NCBI GenBank assembly: GCA_963718665.1
Contig: OY970359.1
Location: 1,856,001 to 1,920,000, forward strand
DNA length: 64,000 nt
Origin: an uncultured Phycisphaerales bacterium
Lineage (GTDB): Bacteria > Planctomycetota > Phycisphaerae > Sedimentisphaerales > Anaerobacaceae
Direction: 5' to 3'
Position numbers and translations under genes: made by a program. Positions within the stretch are counted from its first letter, which is position 1. Each line of letters begins with the position of its first letter. This document shows positions 8,131 to 17,756 of the stretch, in pieces. The notes beneath the pieces are model-generated. The model saw nothing but the letters and a program-made list of their open reading frames with translations. It was not told the origin of the DNA and searched no databases.

Positions 8131-9756
8131 TTGTTTATGAAAAATTATCTTCGCAAAACATTGTGGTGTGTAACATTAGTGTTTCTTGCGGCAACTTTTG
8201 GCTGTGCAGGCGGCAAGACCGCTAAAAACCCCAAGGCAGCCGACAGTAACGCGATAAACGATACTATCGGTATGTATGCGGAAATATTTGCTTCCGACGC
8301 GATACCGGTAAGCAATTATGCCTTGGTAGGGGGGCTTAACGGTACGGGTTCGTCTGAGTGTCCTCCACAGATAAGGGAGAATCTGAAAAAATACATCCTC
8401 CAGCGGCTCGGCGGCGCCAAAATCGATGTTGATGCGCTTATCAACAGCCCGGATACTGCCGTTGTAGTTGTCGAGGGTATGATTCCGCCCGCCGCTTCAA
8501 AAAATCAGCGGTTTGACCTCAGAGTTACCGCGTTGCCCGGCACACAAACAACCTCTCTCGAAGGCGGCTGGCTATATGGCATCGACCTCTTCGACACACA
8601 ACAGGGCGGCACCAGCATCAAGCCCCTTGCTGCTGCCGAAGGCCCGGTATTTGTCGATTCCACGGCTTCCGATTCGCAGGACCAGAAAGTCGGCTATGTT
8701 CTGGGCGGCGGCTCTGTAATCGAGGAATATAAAGTCAATCTTGCCCTTCGCGTGCCTGATTACCGCGCTGCAAGCCAAATCCGGAATCGTATAAACGAAC
8801 GGTTCGGCTACGAAACCGCCATGGCACTTGCGCCGGGCAATATCGAACTGCGAGTCCCGACAAAATACATAGACGCAAAAGGCAGATTCATTCAGCTCGT
8901 AAGGGCCACATATCTTTTTGATTCGCCTGAATTTACAGCCAAAAGGTTAATGACTAATATAGAGAAACTCGCCGGTTCCAAGGATAAAAATCCAAGTGAA
9001 ATAGCTCTCGAAGCCATGGGTAACATCGCAGTCCCGAAACTGGCGGCACTGCTAAATTCGTCCGACCCTGAAGTCCGCCTCCGCGCTGCTCGCTGTATGT
9101 TCAACCTCGGCGACCAGAGAGGCAGGGAAGCTCTCTGGGGCATGGCCACCGATAAAAACTCACCCTACCGTATAGAGGCGATTAATGCCCTTGCCAATAC
9201 GGCTGCCGGACAGGATGCCACCTCGATGTTTCGTTCGCTGCTGCGGGACGATAATTTGACTGTCCGCCTCATTGCCTATGATAAGCTTGTTCGCCTGAAA
9301 GACACCGCTGTTTCCCGAAGGTTGATAGCCAACAGTTTTTACCTTGACCAGGTAACAGAGGCGGGAAAACCTGCAATCCTGATTTCTCGTCGGGACCAGG
9401 CCTGCGTCGCAATCCTCGGCGCCCCGATATACTGCCGGAGTAATACTTTCGTTGAGACACCTGACGGGACTATTACCATAAATGTTCCTGCCAGCGAAAA
9501 ATACGCCACGATAATCCGAAAGCACCCCAAGCGGGCAGATACAATTATCCAGTTGAAAAGCTCGCTGGATATTGCTGATATCATTGAGACATTGTGCCGA
9601 GAGCCGTTGACCCCGACCGATGAGGGGGGGCCGGGACTTGGTGTCCCCTATTCTACTCTTGTGGGACTTCTTAGCAAGATGGTCGATTCCGGTGCCGTTG
9701 GGGCGGAATTTTACGCAGGCCCGTTCCCGAAAAACATGCCAATTATAAAGAAATAG
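8131..9756 (+). CDS. Flagellar P-ring (FlgI)-like lipoprotein with HEAT repeats
   Basis: YALVGGLNGTGSS, TAVVVVEGMIP, SLEGGWL resemble FlgI. LAALLNSSDPEVRLRAARCM is HEAT-like. Lipobox-like ATFGC. Confidence 0.8.
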   Translation: MFMKNYLRKTLWCVTLVFLAATFGCAGGKTAKNPKAADSNAINDTIGMYAEIFASDAIPVSNYALVGGLNGTGSSECPPQIRENLKKYILQRLGGAKIDVDALINSPDTAVVVVEGMIPPAASKNQRFDLRVTALPGTQTTSLEGGWLYGIDLFDTQQGGTSIKPLAAAEGPVFVDSTASDSQDQKVGYVLGGGSVIEEYKVNLALRVPDYRAASQIRNRINERFGYETAMALAPGNIELRVPTKYIDAKGRFIQLVRATYLFDSPEFTAKRLMTNIEKLAGSKDKNPSEIALEAMGNIAVPKLAALLNSSDPEVRLRAARCMFNLGDQRGREALWGMATDKNSPYRIEAINALANTAAGQDATSMFRSLLRDDNLTVRLIAYDKLVRLKDTAVSRRLIANSFYLDQVTEAGKPAILISRRDQACVAILGAPIYCRSNTFVETPDGTITINVPASEKYATIIRKHPKRADTIIQLKSSLDIADIIETLCREPLTPTDEGGPGLGVPYSTLVGLLSKMVDSGAVGAEFYAGPFPKNMPIIKK

Positions 9757-10011
9757 CGACTCTTCGACCGATAATGTTAGAGCAAAACATGGGAACTGAA
9801 TTGAAAGTTTATAAGTAAAGGCGAAGAATATCGGACTGTGTCGCCAGGACGGGACTGGCGTAGTAATAATAATGATTGTATAATTATAGGACTTTATGGC
9901 TTTGAGCTTCCTCGTGTTTGCGGCAGAAGAGCACCGGCAGGAGGGTTTTCGTCGTTCTTTGACTATTATCTCTTCCGCCCCTGGTTTTGCCTGATTATTA
10001 AGGATTAATAA

Positions 10012-13000
10012 ATGCGACTTGAAAAAGTTATTCTCGACGGCTTCAAAAGCTTTGCAGATAAAACGGAGTTCGTATTTTCAGCGGCGGTAACCGGCATTGT
10101 CGGCCCCAACGGATGCGGCAAAAGCAATGTTGTTGACGCTGTAAAATGGGTATTCGGCGAACAAAGCGCAAAGAGTTTGCGCAGCGGGCGAATGACGGAT
10201 GTCATTTTCAGCGGCAACGCCAGCAGGAAACCCGCTGGCAGCGCGGAAGTCAGCTTGTTCCTTTCCAATACCGCCGGGGCCGAGTCGGGTCGGCTGCCCA
10301 TCGATGCCGATGAGGTCCAGATTACCCGGCGCATCTATCAGAGCGGCGAATGCGAATACAGAATCAATAACAAACTCTGCCGATTAAAAGACATCCGCGA
10401 ATTGTTTATGGATACCGGCGTTGGCGTCAGGGCATATTCAATTATCGAGCAGGGACAGGTTGAGCGTCTGCTTACCGCGTCTTCCGTCGAGAGACGAGTA
10501 ATATTCGAAGAGGCGGCGGGCATAAGCAAATACAAGGCGCACAAAGAAGAAGCCCTTCGCAAGCTCGAACGCACCGAACAGAATCTTCTTCGTCTTGCCG
10601 ACATTGTCAGCGAGGTCGCCAGCCGATTGAGGAGCGTCAAGCTCGCCGCGGGCAAAGCCCGCAGCTATGTTCAATACACTCAACGGTTAAAGGAGCTTCA
10701 GGTCAACTACTCGCTGGCGGAATTCGATAAAATTTACAAGACCGCGGCCCAGAAGAAAGCCGCTCTCGATGAAGCGGAAAAGAATTTTGCCGTAGTTGCC
10801 GCTGACGTGGCAAGGCACGATACTCTGCTTAGCCAGATAGGCCAGCAGATAATCGATACGGAAAGCAGCATCAACCACACCGATAATTCGCTTGTGGCGG
10901 TGCAGAGCAAAATCGAACAGCAGATGCAGCGGATAGAATTCCTGCGAACCAGGATTAAAGAGCTTGAGCAGAGAAGGGCCGCCGCAGTAACGAGGGCGCA
11001 ACAACTCGCCGAACAAAAAAACGAGTTCACAATCGACCTCGAAAAATACCAGGCAAAGCAGCAGGAAAATGAAAAATCATTCGAACAGTGCAATCTTGAC
11101 GTCGAGCAAACCAGTCGGGAAATCGCCGATATTAACGCCCAGTGCTCTTCGCTTGAAGCTGAGCTTGAAGACGAGAAATCAGGCATAATCGATATTGTCC
11201 GGCATACCGCCCAGCTTCACAACGAGCTTCAAAGCATATCCGTATATCGCACCAATCTTTCTTCTCAAAAAGACCGCCTCGCTGGTCGTGCCCAGATAGC
11301 AGGCGCAGAGCTTGAAAAACTCCTGACCGAAAAGGCGCAGTGCGACGCAAGATTGAATGATATCGAAACCGTTTTATCCGAGCTGACGAAAAACCTCGAC
11401 AACAAACACAAGGAATCCGATACTTGTATCGCTCGCGCCGAGGCGGACAAAAAACGTTTAGCCAACAGCAAGGAAGCCAGAAGTGCACTGGCAAGTGAGC
11501 TTGCTGTTTTGACGGATATGGAAAACCGCCGGGAGGGTGTCAAGGCGGGGGCAAAACGCATACTCGAAAACCAGTCGCAGTTTGATTACGTCGAGGGTAT
11601 TCTTGCGGATATTATTACTGCTCATATTGATTATGCCGCAGCGGTTGAGGCGGCCCTTGAAGACAAGACCGATGCTGTAGTTATCGCCTCGACTGAGAAG
11701 TTGCTGGCGGGTAAAGACGCCGTGGATAAGCTCGATGGCCGGGTTCATTTCATAAGTTCAGACAAAATCGAGCCATTTGTGAATACCGATGACCTATCGA
11801 CGCTGTCGGGCGTGAAGGGGCGTCTTGTTGAGTTCGTAAATTATCAGCCCAAATACGCGTCGCTTGTCTGGGTGTTGTTGGGCAAGACCTTAATCGTTGA
11901 TTCAATCGATAACGTCGTCCAGTTATCAGAAGCGCTTGGGCCTGATTATAAGTTCGTTACTCTCAAAGGTGAGTTCGCCGCGGGCGACGGCTTCATCAAG
12001 CTTGGCCCTCTCGGCAGGGCGGCGGGGCTTATCTCCCGAAAAAGCCGGCTTCGCCAGTTACAGGACACCATTACCAATATCACTAATGAAATAGACACGC
12101 TTCAAAACCAGATTGACGAATCAATCCGCACGGGCGACCATCTTACGAAGCTCTGCAAAGACCTTCGCACCGCGGTTTACGAGGCGAATACCGAAAAGAC
12201 GCAGATAAACTCGAAACTGGCCTCACTCGAAGAGAGCATAAAACGGCTCAGGGAAGAACAGCCCCTCATCGCAGGCGAAATCGACCAGCTCGAAAAGCAA
12301 ATCGCGCAGTCCGTCCAGAAGGAATACGAGTCGAAGCAAAAGCTCCAGGAGCTTGAGACCGTCAACAACCAGCGCAATGCCCGAATCAACCAGCTTCAGG
12401 GCGATTACTCGAATCTCAAGGCGAATCAGCAGACGCTTTCCGACAAGCTGACCAACCTCAAGGTTTCGCTTGGCCAGATATCCGAACATCGCCAGTCGTT
12501 GATTCAGACAATCCAGTCGCTCCAGACCCAGCTTGCTGCCAACGCAGGAGCTGTTGCGGCTGCGGAATCCGAAATCAAAAGCTGCGTCGACCAGGCCCTG
12601 GCAGCCCAGAGCGACATCCTCGCTTCCGAATCGGCCGTCTCCGAGCTATTCAGCGAGAAAGACCAGAAGCAGCAAAGCAGCTCCCAATTGCACAAGCAAA
12701 TCGAAGAGCTTCTTGCCGAGCAAAAGAGCAATGAGCAGACGCTGCGTGAGAAACGCGTCGTGCAAAGCCATGTCGAACAGCAGATAAATGAGATTAAAAT
12801 CGAGCTTGGCCAGCTCGATGTGCGACAGCAGGACCTCATTTCAAGGGTCCGTGACGAATTACAGCTTGACCTGCTCCAGTCCTACCAGAATTATCAGGAC
12901 ACCGCTGTTGACTGGGAAAAGGTGCGTGAGGAAATCGCCGAGCTGCGGGGCAAAATCGAACGATTAGGCAACGTCAACCTCGACGCAATCCAGGAGCAGC

Positions 13001-13590
13001 AGGACCTCGAACAAAGGCACAACTTCCTTTCGACGCAGGTCGGGGACCTCAATTCCAGCAAGGGCCAGCTCCAGCAGTTAATCAACCGTCTCAACAAGGT
13101 CAGCAGGGAAAAGTTCCTTGAGACATTCGAGCTTGTCCGCGGTCATTTCCAGCAGATTTTCCGCAAGCTTTTCGGCGGCGGCAAAGCCGACATCATCCTC
13201 GAAGAAGCCCCCGATATCGATATTCTCGACGCGGGCATCGAAATAGTCGCGAAACCTCCCGGCAAGGAAACCCGGAGCATCTCGTTATTATCCGGCGGCG
13301 AAAAGGCAATGACCGCCATCGCGCTATTGTTCTCCGTCTTCAAGGCAAAACCGTCCCCGTTCTGCTTCTTAGACGAAGTTGACGCCGCCCTCGATGAGGC
13401 CAACAACGAACGCTTTGACGCCATTGTCAGGGAATTCCAAAAGGAATCACAGTTCATCATAATCACGCACTCCAAGCGAACGATGAGCGTTACGGATATG
13501 CTTTACGGCGTGACTATGCAGACGCAGGGTATCAGCAAGAAAATATCCGTCAACTTCGACCATTACAGCTCCGAACCCGCCGCCGCGTAA
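10012..13590 (+). CDS. smc: Chromosome segregation protein SMC
   Basis: GPNGCGKSN Walker A, long coiled coils with hinge, LSGGEK signature, FLDEVDAALD. Confidence 0.98.
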   Translation: MRLEKVILDGFKSFADKTEFVFSAAVTGIVGPNGCGKSNVVDAVKWVFGEQSAKSLRSGRMTDVIFSGNASRKPAGSAEVSLFLSNTAGAESGRLPIDADEVQITRRIYQSGECEYRINNKLCRLKDIRELFMDTGVGVRAYSIIEQGQVERLLTASSVERRVIFEEAAGISKYKAHKEEALRKLERTEQNLLRLADIVSEVASRLRSVKLAAGKARSYVQYTQRLKELQVNYSLAEFDKIYKTAAQKKAALDEAEKNFAVVAADVARHDTLLSQIGQQIIDTESSINHTDNSLVAVQSKIEQQMQRIEFLRTRIKELEQRRAAAVTRAQQLAEQKNEFTIDLEKYQAKQQENEKSFEQCNLDVEQTSREIADINAQCSSLEAELEDEKSGIIDIVRHTAQLHNELQSISVYRTNLSSQKDRLAGRAQIAGAELEKLLTEKAQCDARLNDIETVLSELTKNLDNKHKESDTCIARAEADKKRLANSKEARSALASELAVLTDMENRREGVKAGAKRILENQSQFDYVEGILADIITAHIDYAAAVEAALEDKTDAVVIASTEKLLAGKDAVDKLDGRVHFISSDKIEPFVNTDDLSTLSGVKGRLVEFVNYQPKYASLVWVLLGKTLIVDSIDNVVQLSEALGPDYKFVTLKGEFAAGDGFIKLGPLGRAAGLISRKSRLRQLQDTITNITNEIDTLQNQIDESIRTGDHLTKLCKDLRTAVYEANTEKTQINSKLASLEESIKRLREEQPLIAGEIDQLEKQIAQSVQKEYESKQKLQELETVNNQRNARINQLQGDYSNLKANQQTLSDKLTNLKVSLGQISEHRQSLIQTIQSLQTQLAANAGAVAAAESEIKSCVDQALAAQSDILASESAVSELFSEKDQKQQSSSQLHKQIEELLAEQKSNEQTLREKRVVQSHVEQQINEIKIELGQLDVRQQDLISRVRDELQLDLLQSYQNYQDTAVDWEKVREEIAELRGKIERLGNVNLDAIQEQQDLEQRHNFLSTQVGDLNSSKGQLQQLINRLNKVSREKFLETFELVRGHFQQIFRKLFGGGKADIILEEAPDIDILDAGIEIVAKPPGKETRSISLLSGGEKAMTAIALLFSVFKAKPSPFCFLDEVDAALDEANNERFDAIVREFQKESQFIIITHSKRTMSVTDMLYGVTMQTQGISKKISVNFDHYSSEPAAA

Positions 13591-13613
13591 ACCAATCGGG
13601 ACGGGTCTGGTTT

Positions 13614-13639
13614 GTCATTCCCGCGGAAGCAGAAATCCA
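13614..13639 (+). repeat. Degenerate GTCATTCCCGCG..GCGGGAATCCA-type palindromic repeat
   Basis: GTCATTCCCGCGGAAGCAGAAATCCA downstream of smc, related to the copy inside murE. Confidence 0.6.
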
Positions 13640-13649
13640 ATCGTCTGCT

Positions 13650-13678
13650 TTGACGAATCTCCACAAAGGTTCTATAAT
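13650..13678 (+). promoter_or_regulatory. Sigma70-type promoter of rmuC
   Basis: TTGACG-N17-TATAAT. Confidence 0.7.
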
Positions 13679-13704
13679 ACCCCGGTTCTATTAAGGGTTT
13701 GATT

Positions 13705-14718
13705 ATGGAAACGATTCTGCTGGTTATAGTGGCTGTTTTGCTGGCGATAGTTTTGATTCACCAGTTCAGCACCAGTTCTGCCAACAGAGATAAGCTCACA
13801 CAGCAGCAAACTGCTGTAACATCTCTCCAGCAGCAGCTCGATTCTATTCTGAAATCGGCTGATTCCACCCGAAGCACCATTCAGGATTCTCTTCAAAAAG
13901 GTCAATCTACATTGACTCAGGGCCTGCAATCTTCAACGGATACGCTAAGCAAACTCAACAATCAAATCGGTCAGTTAATGACCGCCAGCACGCAGATGCA
14001 GAAAGTCGGCGACGACGTAAAGCGTCTTCAGGAAATCCTCGCAAGTCCGAAGCTTCGCGGCGGTCTCGGCGAATGGTCGCTTGAGAACCTGCTTGCGCAA
14101 ATTCTGCCGAAGGATAGCTATGAGCTTCAATATTTCTTCAGGGATAGTCAGAAGGTCGATGCCTTGATTCATTTGGCCGGTTATAATGCCCCAATCGACG
14201 CCAAATTTCCGCTTTCGAGTTTTGAACTGCTGCTCAAGGCCGAGAAGGACGATGAACGGATTCGTCTGCGAAAACAGTTTCACAACGACATAATCAAGCA
14301 TATCGATAAAATCGCGGCGAGTTATATCAGGCCCGCCGAGGGCACTCTTGATTTTGCCCTTATGTATATCCCCGCTGAAAACGTTTATTATGAGGCGATT
14401 ATCAAATATCCTGATGACGCGAAGGATATTCTTCAGTATTCGCTTGATAAAAAAATCGTCCCTGTTTCGCCTAATCTGCTTTATGCGTATCTGATGACTG
14501 TTGTGATGGGACTTCACGGATTGCAAATCGAAAAACAGGCCGGTGAAATCCGCCAAAACCTCAAAAAACTCAACGCGTCCTTTGCTGATTTCACCGCCAC
14601 TTGGGATGTTCTCGGCAAGCACCTTCATAATGCCTACTCTCAGTATGACGAGGGGCATAAAAAGTTAGACAGATTCGGTATGGAACTCAATAACATTCAA
14701 GAGGAAGATAACAAATGA
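13705..14718 (+). CDS. rmuC: DNA recombination protein RmuC
   Basis: N-terminal TM plus coiled coil, RGGLGEWSL, PIDAKFP, TLDFALMYIPAE. Confidence 0.93.
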   Translation: METILLVIVAVLLAIVLIHQFSTSSANRDKLTQQQTAVTSLQQQLDSILKSADSTRSTIQDSLQKGQSTLTQGLQSSTDTLSKLNNQIGQLMTASTQMQKVGDDVKRLQEILASPKLRGGLGEWSLENLLAQILPKDSYELQYFFRDSQKVDALIHLAGYNAPIDAKFPLSSFELLLKAEKDDERIRLRKQFHNDIIKHIDKIAASYIRPAEGTLDFALMYIPAENVYYEAIIKYPDDAKDILQYSLDKKIVPVSPNLLYAYLMTVVMGLHGLQIEKQAGEIRQNLKKLNASFADFTATWDVLGKHLHNAYSQYDEGHKKLDRFGMELNNIQEEDNK

Positions 14719-16865
14719 TTTGCGATGACAGTAGAATGATAAAACGCTGTGTATATCACATATTAATTCTCTCAATGTTTTTTGTCCCCCCCGTTTTGTC
14801 CGCGGATAATTTGTATGACGGGTTTAAGAATCCGCCTATGTCCGTCAGGCCGATTATTCACTGGAACTGGGATGCCAATAGCCCGGGCAAGCAGGAAACA
14901 ATAAGCCGGCTTGAGGCATTCAAAAAAGCGGGCTTTGGCGGCGTTGAAATTTCCATTCTTGAAGATGTAAACGTGCAAATGTTGAAGTTTGCCGCGGACG
15001 CCGCGAAACAACGGGGAATGATTGTGGATTTGTCGCTTGGCTCGACACTGGGCGGCTCATTTATCTCGCCCGCCGAGCAGGGCCGGCAAATCGCAATAAG
15101 CAAAAAGAAGTTCACCGGGCCGACAAATTCTGTTGTGAACGTAAATGATTTAATTAAGGTTACTGACCCGAATTACAAGCTTGTTTTTCTGCGTCTGATT
15201 CGAGCGGAAGCGTCGAGTTTTTTGCCGGGCGAAGAACTAATCGGGAAAATCAAGCAGGATGGCACAGTTGTCATCGATATTAATGACGCCAACACCTATA
15301 CCCTTTACGCGGGCGTTTTGCAATCAGGGGCAGGCGCCACAGGCGATCCGGTTCTCGACGTGCTCAATAAGAATGCCGTAGAAAAATATTTCAACAACAT
15401 CTCCGCCAAACTTGGCCCTGTTTTTGGCAGCAAACTCGGGAATTCGATCCATGCGATTGTATGTTCTCCTGCCGAACCTGGCTTCGCAAACTGGACAGGC
15501 AATTTTCCGCAGCAGTTTATTAAGCGGTACGGATACGACGTACTTCCGTATTTGCCTGTTATTCTCGACACTGATATTCGCGCTGCCAGAACACGTTTTT
15601 ACGATACTATTCGCCGCGTACGTTATGATTTTTACTCGGCCATCATCGGGATGTATCACGAATACTTTACCGCGGCCTTTAAGGATTTTTGTCGCGATAA
15701 TGGTGCTCTGTCCCGCATTCCGGCGGGTTCCGTTAATATTCTCGACAGTTGCTCAGTGCCGCTCGATATATTTCAGGGAGATATACCAGGCACTGGCGCC
15801 AATATGAGATATCGAACCTGGGATAAGATAGTTTCCTCGGCTGCGCATCTTGCCGACAAGTCCCTCGTAGTCGGCGAGTCAACGGTCAGCGATTCAGAAA
15901 ATATTGAATCACTGAAGATAAACGACGACATGGCATTTGTTGCAGGGGACAATCAATCCATTCTGGCAGGGGTTTCCTTGCCCGGCGAGCACAATCCTGT
16001 GTGGCCGTATATCGGAAGCTGGACCGAACGCAACGCGAGATTGTCTTATTTATTCCAAAATGCCCGCCACCAGGCCCGGATTGCCATTTTCCTTCCGGCC
16101 GCCGACCTCTGGAGTGATTGCGGACCTTCTGAGACCAGGATGGCCGATTATATATGGTATCTGTTCCCTCTTTGGCAGGCCCTCAGTCAGAACGGTTATA
16201 CGGTTGATTTCATCAGCGATAAAATCGTCTCACAGGTAACTTTCGATGACGGCAAACTACACTTCGGCTCGCAGACCTACGAAGCCGTTATCGTCCCCGA
16301 TTTATTCTCAATAGAAGATTTTCTTGCTGCCAGGAATCTGCGTTTCTTTAGCGCAAAAGGCGGCAAAATCGTCTTCATAGGCCGAGAACCGCTGACCGGC
16401 ACCGGCTTCAGAAACCTCCTTCAACGAAGTGTTGCCGTCGATCTTACGATGCGTCATCTCAAAGAGAATGACCCAAACCGGGTTTTGTTCATTCAAGCCC
16501 CGGACAAAGACAAGGATAATCTGCTGTCCTGGACATCTGATATGATGAAAAAAATCGGCGTATTGCCAGCCGTCAGGATTTCTCCGCCGAGCGATAAGCT
16601 TCTTTTCGTCCATTACCTTGCCGAAGGCAGAGATATATTCTTTTTTGCCAATACCGATAACGTTGCCCCCGTATCTTTCCGCGCGGATTTCAATACCGCC
16701 GGCAAAACACCCTGGGTCTGGAATCCTGATACCGGCAAGCGCGACAAATTTACACATAGCGACAAGTCGGGCGCTTTGAATATCAGCATCAAGCCGGGGG
16801 ATTCGCTGTTGCTGGTTTTTGAACCGGATACTAAAACAAAACCTGCCAAACCAAAAAATAATTAG
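14715..16865 (+). CDS. Secreted glycoside hydrolase family 106-like protein
   Basis: FKNPPMSVRP..W.W, KAGFGGVEI, NWT..F...F.KRYGYD..PYLP, VRYDF, PWVWNPDTG. Confidence 0.75.
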   Translation: MICDDSRMIKRCVYHILILSMFFVPPVLSADNLYDGFKNPPMSVRPIIHWNWDANSPGKQETISRLEAFKKAGFGGVEISILEDVNVQMLKFAADAAKQRGMIVDLSLGSTLGGSFISPAEQGRQIAISKKKFTGPTNSVVNVNDLIKVTDPNYKLVFLRLIRAEASSFLPGEELIGKIKQDGTVVIDINDANTYTLYAGVLQSGAGATGDPVLDVLNKNAVEKYFNNISAKLGPVFGSKLGNSIHAIVCSPAEPGFANWTGNFPQQFIKRYGYDVLPYLPVILDTDIRAARTRFYDTIRRVRYDFYSAIIGMYHEYFTAAFKDFCRDNGALSRIPAGSVNILDSCSVPLDIFQGDIPGTGANMRYRTWDKIVSSAAHLADKSLVVGESTVSDSENIESLKINDDMAFVAGDNQSILAGVSLPGEHNPVWPYIGSWTERNARLSYLFQNARHQARIAIFLPAADLWSDCGPSETRMADYIWYLFPLWQALSQNGYTVDFISDKIVSQVTFDDGKLHFGSQTYEAVIVPDLFSIEDFLAARNLRFFSAKGGKIVFIGREPLTGTGFRNLLQRSVAVDLTMRHLKENDPNRVLFIQAPDKDKDNLLSWTSDMMKKIGVLPAVRISPPSDKLLFVHYLAEGRDIFFFANTDNVAPVSFRADFNTAGKTPWVWNPDTGKRDKFTHSDKSGALNISIKPGDSLLLVFEPDTKTKPAKPKNN

Positions 16866-16901
16866 TCCCGTGCGATTGCTGAAGGTGCAATAAGGAAATA
16901 T

Positions 16902-17666
16902 ATGATTTATCAGGACCTCAAAAACAAAAGGGTTCTCGTTACTGGCTCAAGCTCCGGCATAGGGCAGGCAACAGCTATTGAATTTGCCAAACAGGGCTGT
17001 TTCGTCGGCGTTCATTATTTCAGAACAAAACAGGGAGGCGAGCAGACGCTTGCTGAAGTGAAAAAGCACAGCGATGGTATCCTTCTCAATGCTGACGTTA
17101 GAAACCAAAGTCAGGTAAACAAAATGGTTGGTCGGTTTGCCAAAACGGCAGGGGGTCTGGATATTCTCGTTAACAATGCAGGCGACCTTATCGAACGCCA
17201 GCCATTCGAAACCGCCACCGCCGCATATCACGATAATATTTACGAAACAAATGTTCGCTCAATATTTTTTGTTACTCAGGCGGCCCTGGGCTGGTTAAAG
17301 AAATCCGCTGGCTGCGTTGTAAACGTCGGTTCCGTTGCCGGCCATCATGGCGGGGGTGATGGCGCAGGCATCTACGCCGGCGCAAAGGCGGCTGTCGCTA
17401 CTGAAACAATCGCTATCGCTAAGGAATTTGCCCGGTATGGCATACGCGTAAACACCGTCGTCCCGGGTTTCATTGAAACACGCTTCCACAAGCGATACAG
17501 CTCCGCGCAACGAGTAAAAGCAACTATTCAGCAAACCCCGCTGGGCAGAAACGGAACTCCCGAAGATATCGCCAGGGCAATTCTGTTTCTCGCCAGTTCC
17601 GAAGCTGCCGGATTCATCACGGGCGAATATATCGCAGTCAACGGCGGTCTTTATATGCGTGCCTGA
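16902..17666 (+). CDS. SDR family NAD(P)-dependent oxidoreductase
   Basis: TGSSSGIG, LVNNAG, YAGAK catalytic motif. Confidence 0.95.
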   Translation: MIYQDLKNKRVLVTGSSSGIGQATAIEFAKQGCFVGVHYFRTKQGGEQTLAEVKKHSDGILLNADVRNQSQVNKMVGRFAKTAGGLDILVNNAGDLIERQPFETATAAYHDNIYETNVRSIFFVTQAALGWLKKSAGCVVNVGSVAGHHGGGDGAGIYAGAKAAVATETIAIAKEFARYGIRVNTVVPGFIETRFHKRYSSAQRVKATIQQTPLGRNGTPEDIARAILFLASSEAAGFITGEYIAVNGGLYMRA

Positions 17667-17756
17667 ACAAATCCTTGAAAAACATACATCGTTCTGATAC
17701 ACTCTGTCTGTAAGCCATCATCACGATTATGTTGTAATATGACGGGATAGTTACTA

